Positions 58,868 to 64,000 of a DNA stretch of 64,000 nucleotides are shown here, in pieces (within the stretch, counting starts at the first letter, position 1; each line of letters opens with the position of its first letter). A program made the translations under genes and the position numbers. Origin of the DNA: Gemmatimonadaceae bacterium. GTDB lineage: Bacteria; Gemmatimonadota; Gemmatimonadetes; Gemmatimonadales; Gemmatimonadaceae. Under the pieces are notes generated by a model, which did no database searches, was not told the DNA's origin, and was given only the letters and a program-made list of their open reading frames with translations. The DNA is taken from assembly GCA_045803545.1 (NCBI GenBank), contig JBJMOW010000005.1, positions 864,001 through 928,000 on the forward strand, read 5' to 3'.

Positions 58868-60613
58868 ATGTCACTGATCCGTCGTATGCGAGCATACGGA
58901 GCCCGCCCGCTGCTGCTCGGCGGGGCGCTTCTGGGAATCGTCGTGGTTGCGGGACTCGCGGCACTGGAGTCACACCGCACCTTCGTCGCGCGCAAAGCGT
59001 CCGCCGAACAGACGGTGCGCGATTACGCGAAGTTCGCGGCGTACCTCTATTCGACCCGGATCTATCTGTTCGCGCGCGAACGAACCTTCATGCCGTACGC
59101 GAAGTTCAACGCCGACGACCCGTACACGCGTGCCTCCCTGCCGCCGCTTTCTGCGATCCCCGCGAATACAGATTCGACGGAGAAGTGCGGACCAAACTGG
59201 ACCACTTATCGATTCCGCCTTGATCTACCGTCGGGCACGGTTCAATACCTGGGCGTTCGACCTCTGCCCGCAGTGGACCGGGCCATTCGCGACACGATCC
59301 CAAAGCTCGCCAACTCGCCCTGGGTCAAGCTCTCCGGATTCGGATACCTCTTCGTCGACCCACCGGGTGCGCCGAGAGAAGCGATTTCATACCTGCGAAC
59401 ACTCGACTCCGCTAAGAACGTCATAGCGGTTTACGGCTACCGGTCCTGCTACGGTGTGCGCGACACCATTGACTACGCGACCGTGCACAGGATCGTAAAG
59501 GTTTTGCCGCCAATGATCCCGGGGTATGGGGACTCTGCGTCGGATGCCCCCTCGGCGTGGTGCAAATGCGGCCCGAAAAAATCGGGAACCAGGAACGCCT
59601 CGGCCATGGAGCGGATGGCTGGCCCCTGGCCAAACGGCATGCCGGCGGATTCGCTACTGTATTTGAAGATCACTGACTTTCACGACCGCACCTTGTACCA
59701 GGTGCCTGCGCGCGGGAAATCTTCAGACTTGTACGGTGTCTCGCCCATCGGATACATCGGGGGCGTCTGGGTATGGGTCTCGTTGCGACCGGACGTCGCA
59801 AGGTTCCTCGTCGCCGGCGGCATCCCCGAGTCCCACGTCCCTGCGTCACTGGTGCTGTTCGGGGGCGCCATTGTGCTCGCAATCGCCGGGTTCGCTTCGC
59901 TGCGCAGTGAGGTCCGCCTCGTGCGGTCGCGAGAGCGGTTCCTGGCCAACGTCTCTCACGAGCTGAGGACCCCGCTCCAGCAGATCCTGCTCTTCGTCCA
60001 GCTGGTGCGGCTTGGCCGAACAAGGAGCGAAAGCGAGAAGGAGAAATCCCTCGAAATCATCGAGCGGGAGACGAATCGGCTGATTGCGTTGTCTAATTCC
60101 GTATTGACGGCCACCTCGACACCGGAGATGCAGCAACTGGAGTCGAGCGCGGTCGACGTCGCGGGCGTAGCACAAACGGCGGCGGATTTCTTCACACCTC
60201 TCGCGGAAGCTCGCAAGATGCGGATTGAACTGGACGTGGAGCAGCCGGCGGTTGCGCGCGGCGATCCGGGCGCGATCCGGCAGATCCTGATCAACGTGCT
60301 CGACAACGCCGCGAAGTACGGTCCGACGGGCCAGACGATCAAAATCGGTGTTCGCAAGAACGGGCCGATTGTCCGCTTATGGGTCGACGATCACGGCCCC
60401 GGGATCCCGCTCGCCGAGCGTAACAATGTCTGGCAACCCTTCGTAAGGCTGGGAGGGACAGTGGACGACAGCACCGGGGGGGCCGGACTCGGCCTCGCGA
60501 TTGTGCGCGACCTGGCTGCGGCGATGGATGCCCGTGCTGAGCTATCCGACGTCCCCGGGGGAGGCACCCGCTTCTCGCTGGATCTACACGCGAACCAGAA
60601 TGGGGCTCACTGA
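58868..60613 (+). CDS. membrane sensor histidine kinase
   Basis: Two TMs; SHELRTPL H-box; NVLDNAAKY, DHGPGI and GAGLGLAIV boxes. Confidence 0.94.
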   Translation: MSLIRRMRAYGARPLLLGGALLGIVVVAGLAALESHRTFVARKASAEQTVRDYAKFAAYLYSTRIYLFARERTFMPYAKFNADDPYTRASLPPLSAIPANTDSTEKCGPNWTTYRFRLDLPSGTVQYLGVRPLPAVDRAIRDTIPKLANSPWVKLSGFGYLFVDPPGAPREAISYLRTLDSAKNVIAVYGYRSCYGVRDTIDYATVHRIVKVLPPMIPGYGDSASDAPSAWCKCGPKKSGTRNASAMERMAGPWPNGMPADSLLYLKITDFHDRTLYQVPARGKSSDLYGVSPIGYIGGVWVWVSLRPDVARFLVAGGIPESHVPASLVLFGGAIVLAIAGFASLRSEVRLVRSRERFLANVSHELRTPLQQILLFVQLVRLGRTRSESEKEKSLEIIERETNRLIALSNSVLTATSTPEMQQLESSAVDVAGVAQTAADFFTPLAEARKMRIELDVEQPAVARGDPGAIRQILINVLDNAAKYGPTGQTIKIGVRKNGPIVRLWVDDHGPGIPLAERNNVWQPFVRLGGTVDDSTGGAGLGLAIVRDLAAAMDARAELSDVPGGGTRFSLDLHANQNGAH

Positions 60614-61362
60614 TGACACAACCGACTTCCTCCTGGCAGCCGTCACACAACGGAGACGCGGCGCCCAGCCGCAACATTCTGATCGTCGAAGACAACGAGA
60701 CGCTGGCGTTTGGTCTGCGCACCAGCCTCGAGGTTGAAGGCTACGAGGTTGAATGCGTGAGCGATGGCAACGTCGGCCTGGAGTGGCTGACCGATCACAC
60801 GCCGGATCTGATCGTCCTCGACCTGATGCTGCCCGGTCTCAACGGCTTCGAGGTGCTCCGTCGCTATCGCTCCAACGGCGGCAATGCCGCCGTGCTCATT
60901 CTCTCTGCGCGTGATCAGGAAGTCGACAAGGTGCAGGGATTCCGGATTGGCGCCGACGACTACGTGGTCAAGCCGGTCGGCGTGCTCGAGTTCCTGGCGC
61001 GCGTGGAAGCGTTGATGCGCCGGGTGAGCACGCCCGCGCGTGGGGGAGATGCGGGCCGAGGTGCGCTGCATCGCTTCTCCGACGTCGTCGTCGATTTACG
61101 CACGCGCACGGTCACGCGTAGCGGAAAGCAGGTCGATCTGAGCCCGATGGAGTTCGATTTTCTGGCGTACCTGATCGAGTCTGGTGGCGACATCGTTTCG
61201 CGCGACACGCTGATGCAGCGCGTCTGGCGCTACACCACCGGCGTCACTTCACGCACGGTCGATCAACACGTTGCTCGGCTGCGCAACAAGCTCGAGCCGG
61301 ATCCTGCGCAGCCTCGCCATCTCATTACTGTGCGCAAGGCTGGCTATCGCTTTCAGCTGTAA
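60613..61362 (+). CDS. OmpR/PhoB family response regulator
   Basis: IVEDN, LDLMLPG, GADDYVVKP and SRTVDQHVARLRNKLE...TVRKAGYRF motifs. Confidence 0.95.
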   Translation: MTQPTSSWQPSHNGDAAPSRNILIVEDNETLAFGLRTSLEVEGYEVECVSDGNVGLEWLTDHTPDLIVLDLMLPGLNGFEVLRRYRSNGGNAAVLILSARDQEVDKVQGFRIGADDYVVKPVGVLEFLARVEALMRRVSTPARGGDAGRGALHRFSDVVVDLRTRTVTRSGKQVDLSPMEFDFLAYLIESGGDIVSRDTLMQRVWRYTTGVTSRTVDQHVARLRNKLEPDPAQPRHLITVRKAGYRFQL

Positions 61363-61386
61363 AGCGTCGCCGTTCTGCGCCGCTGG

Positions 61387-61938
61387 TCACGCCCGCCGGT
61401 GATAATAGAAGTCGTACTCGGTCCTCCACGTTTTTCCGCCGTCACTAGATAACTCCGAGTGCTGGCGAACGGTGTCCTTGTCGACCGGCGTGAAGGTCAG
61501 TCTGATTGTCGTCTGCGTTGAACCGGCCGGCTTCCAGAAAAAGACCAGGCTCTCACCGTCGCTCTGACTCTCACGGTACTCGTGGACATCTCCGTCGGAG
61601 CCAATCCAGAATTGCTGCCATTGCTTAAGACGGGGACTGTAGGAATTGAGACTCTTTCCAGTTCCACCCTTGGCGCCGGTCCAATTCTCCAGCACCGCGC
61701 ACCCGTTACTGGTGCTTTCGATGACACTGTCGCCGACATGGGTGCCGTCTTCGGTTTTGACATCCCACGCGCCGATCCAGAAGTCAAAGCGATGACGTTC
61801 AGGATCGTCCGCGCACGAATAGGGTGCGGCGGTCGAGTTAACCGCCTGACTGGCCGAGCTGGAGCTCGCCTGCGCAAAGGTTCCTTGGCCACCGAGCAGC
61901 GCAAACGCCGCGAATGTGAGTCTGATCGTTAATCTCAT
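61387..61938 (-). CDS. exported hypothetical beta-rich protein
   Basis: AGGAG SD; signal peptide; C...HRFDFWIGAWDV, GKSLNSY and SSDGGKTW motifs. Confidence 0.75.
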   Translation of the reverse strand: MRLTIRLTFAAFALLGGQGTFAQASSSSASQAVNSTAAPYSCADDPERHRFDFWIGAWDVKTEDGTHVGDSVIESTSNGCAVLENWTGAKGGTGKSLNSYSPRLKQWQQFWIGSDGDVHEYRESQSDGESLVFFWKPAGSTQTTIRLTFTPVDKDTVRQHSELSSDGGKTWRTEYDFYYHRRA

Positions 61939-61970
61939 GAGTCGGTTTCTCTCTCCTGTGTCACCTGAAG

Positions 61971-62047
61971 TCCGCCGAGCAAAGCGAAGAAACGCTCGGG
62001 TTGATTGGGGTACTCTTAGACATCGGCACATCGCTTTGCTCGGCGGA
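61971..62047 (-). ncRNA. candidate TIGR-like guide RNA: one 36-nt dual-spacer unit in the loop of a 17-bp stem
   Basis: Perfect 17-bp IR TCCGCCGAGCAAAGCGA. The minus-strand loop reads TG-TGCCG-ATGTCTAAG-AGTACCCCA-ATCAACCCG-AGCG-TTTCT. It lies 22 bp downstream of the Nop-fold gene. Confidence 0.55.
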
Positions 62048-62069
62048 TATCCGAATTAGTGCAGGGTGG

Positions 62070-62945
62070 TTAGGCGGTAATCCTCGGGTGATACGGGCGC
62101 ACGATCGGCAGGTTCAAAGACTTTCGCCACGCAATCCATAGGTTGCGGAGGAAAGCCTTCTCCATTTTTCGGAGCGCGGCGAGATGACTGCGCTTGGCGG
62201 TCCAGCCCTCCCTTTCGGTCGCCAGCCTCTCACGCTCGGCGTCGTAGTAGGTTCGGTAATCGCTTCCGCAGCGCAGCATCGAGACGCCAATCAGATAGCA
62301 TGACTTCCGAGCATGCGCATCGTAGCTGTTGCGACCACCGACTACGCTGCGGCGGGGCGCCACGCGCGTCGTATCGTCGTTAATCAGCTGCAGATGGCCG
62401 CTGCACAGACGCGAGCCGGCGCGGGTGAAGTGCGTGTCACCCAGCTTGTAGCCCGCCGGCATTCCGACCTCGAGCTTGCAGCGCGGGCACTGATAAGCGT
62501 TGCCGGGGATGGTCGCGAGGCCACAGTACGCCCAGAACGCGGACGGCGTTTTTGCGCGAGTGACATCGAGCCGGGATAGAAGTCGCGCGGCAAGCAGCTC
62601 GCCGACTCCACGTTGCTCCGACATCCATTGCCACGCCGGATGAGAGTCGATCGATGAGCGCAGCGCCACTGCGGCATCGTTCTCGTCTTCGCTCGCGCGC
62701 CAATACGCTTTCTCCAGAACTCGTGGTGCGCCGGCAGTTTCTCCGCGCGCGATGACCTTCAGCAGCGAGTCAGCATCACCCGCGATGCTGCCAACTCCAT
62801 CGAACGAGCGACCCTGAAAGAGCGCCCGCAGACGCTCGCCATGGGCGATGCGCGAGCGCTGCGCATCCTCGTAGAGCTGATATAGCAATCGGAGGTCGTG
62901 CGCGGCCTCGTTCGAGTCGGACAAGCGCTGAAGTGATGTCGCCAT
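62070..62945 (-). CDS. IS110/Nop-fold RNA-binding protein without RuvC (TasA-like), with a Cys/His insertion
   Basis: Coiled-coil N-terminus LYQLYEDAQRSRIAHGERL; HPAWQWM..RGVGELLAARLL; SAFWAYCGL; C-terminal HLAALRKMEKAFLRNLWIAWR..NLP...PY. No DEDD domain. Confidence 0.75.
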   Translation of the reverse strand: MATSLQRLSDSNEAAHDLRLLYQLYEDAQRSRIAHGERLRALFQGRSFDGVGSIAGDADSLLKVIARGETAGAPRVLEKAYWRASEDENDAAVALRSSIDSHPAWQWMSEQRGVGELLAARLLSRLDVTRAKTPSAFWAYCGLATIPGNAYQCPRCKLEVGMPAGYKLGDTHFTRAGSRLCSGHLQLINDDTTRVAPRRSVVGGRNSYDAHARKSCYLIGVSMLRCGSDYRTYYDAERERLATEREGWTAKRSHLAALRKMEKAFLRNLWIAWRKSLNLPIVRPYHPRITA

Positions 62946-63031
62946 GCTGATGATTTGGTGTTGGTCCAGGCAACGCTACAGCGCGGCACGCACTCACAGT
63001 GTTTACGTCCAGTAAAGTTTTGGCAGCGGTG

Positions 63032-64000
63032 TTATTGCTGAGGGCAAGCGTCGAATCGCTCCACCAGAGTGCTGCCACTCGCTGAGTGACTCATTCCGAC
63101 AACCGGGTTTCCGCCAACCAGCCAGACCGCGCCGCGAAAGACAACTGCGCGCGCGTAATTCCGTGGCGTGCGCAGCGGTGCAGCGTGCTCCCATTGGTTC
63201 GTTGCTGGATTGAGCCGCAGCACTTCGTCGAGCGTGGATTTGTGCGCCTGTGATTCTCCACCGAAGACGTAGATGGCCCCGCAGTAGAGCGCAGCGCCAG
63301 CAGTGCCGCGGGGCTCGATTGGTGGACCAGCCGTCCAGAAGTCGCTTTGGGGGTGGTAGATCTCGACATCGCCGAAATCTCCCGGACCACTTCGACCACC
63401 GATCGAGTAGAGCTTGCCGTTGTAGGCGAGGGCCGACGGACTCCCTTTCGATCGTGACAATGGCGCCCGCTCCGTCCAGCGATTCGTGGCGGGATCGTAC
63501 TCCGAATGGTTGGCGAGAGTCGATCGTGAATTCCCCCCACCGATGACGTGAATCCTTCCATCGAGTACTGCCGCGGCGTGACCGCCACGTGGCTCTGCCA
63601 ATGGAGCGGCGGTACTCCAGCTGTGGGTGTCGACGTCGTAGACGAGGACGTCGGAGCTGGGAACGTTGGTCGTGGTCTTGAATCCGCCGATGATGTAGAT
63701 GCGTCGACCAATCACCGTCGCCGTCGGGGCGTTGAGTCCTTCGCCTGGCAGCCTGGTTTCATCTCGCCATTGAGTGCCGTCAAAGCGCTCGACTTCCAGC
63801 ACCGGCTGGCCGCCGGCGCCGGTGCCGCCAATCGCGTAGATCGCGTCGCCGGTGCTGACAACCGCGTGCGCCGAGCGGGCGTGAATCAACGAAGGGGCGT
63901 CGTACCACTCGCCGGTGGAGCGATTCGCCGAGAGACTCGCGCATCCGCAAAGCGTTGCCGCAACCGAAAACCTCGCGCACGCGCTCAGAGTTACCGCGAG
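63032..64000 (-). CDS. Kelch-repeat beta-propeller protein (5' end outside the window)
   Basis: Six repeats with GG..Y/F..W pattern; the frame stays open to position 64000. Confidence 0.9.
   Translation of the reverse strand, partial: LAVTLSACARFSVAATLCGCASLSANRSTGEWYDAPSLIHARSAHAVVSTGDAIYAIGGTGAGGQPVLEVERFDGTQWRDETRLPGEGLNAPTATVIGRRIYIIGGFKTTTNVPSSDVLVYDVDTHSWSTAAPLAEPRGGHAAAVLDGRIHVIGGGNSRSTLANHSEYDPATNRWTERAPLSRSKGSPSALAYNGKLYSIGGRSGPGDFGDVEIYHPQSDFWTAGPPIEPRGTAGAALYCGAIYVFGGESQAHKSTLDEVLRLNPATNQWEHAAPLRTPRNYARAVVFRGAVWLVGGNPVVGMSHSASGSTLVERFDACPQQ

Noticed and set aside
62070..62945. Active IS110/IS1111 insertion sequence
   Set aside because: There is no N-terminal DEDD RuvC domain and no catalytic Ser loop. 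Only 86 bp upstream and ~130 bp downstream are non-coding, and no element ends are recognisable.

Overview
GC-rich bacterial chromosomal window, probably Gemmatimonadota (inferred from gene content and style). It is mostly housekeeping and envelope genes: guaB (partial), a TonB-dependent receptor, an L,D-transpeptidase/M15 peptidase trio, gpmI, queD, dacB, moeA, gcdH-MEDS and etfBA/ETF-QO, cstA-S9 peptidase-ybdD, an M16 pair, TolC/MacA/MacB, the F0+delta half of a split atp operon preceded by a perfect Rex-type box, SusC/SusD and a two-component system. No rRNA, tRNA, CRISPR array or intact IS was seen. The most interesting locus is 61971-62945. It encodes a stand-alone IS110/Nop-fold protein with no RuvC domain (TasA-like, with a Cys/His insertion). 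Directly downstream is a perfect 17-bp stem whose loop parses as one 36-nt TIGR-like guide unit (5+9+9+9+4 nt). This may be a chromosomally domesticated single-guide TIGR-Tas-like RNA-guided DNA-binding system. Also notable are gpmI frameshifted by a (GCGGGAA)n heptamer tract from a family dispersed across the window, several 120-200-bp intergenic inverted-repeat elements, hairpins bracketing atpE, and an MFS gene that seems to need a non-canonical start codon. All calls come from reading the sequence; no searches were run.
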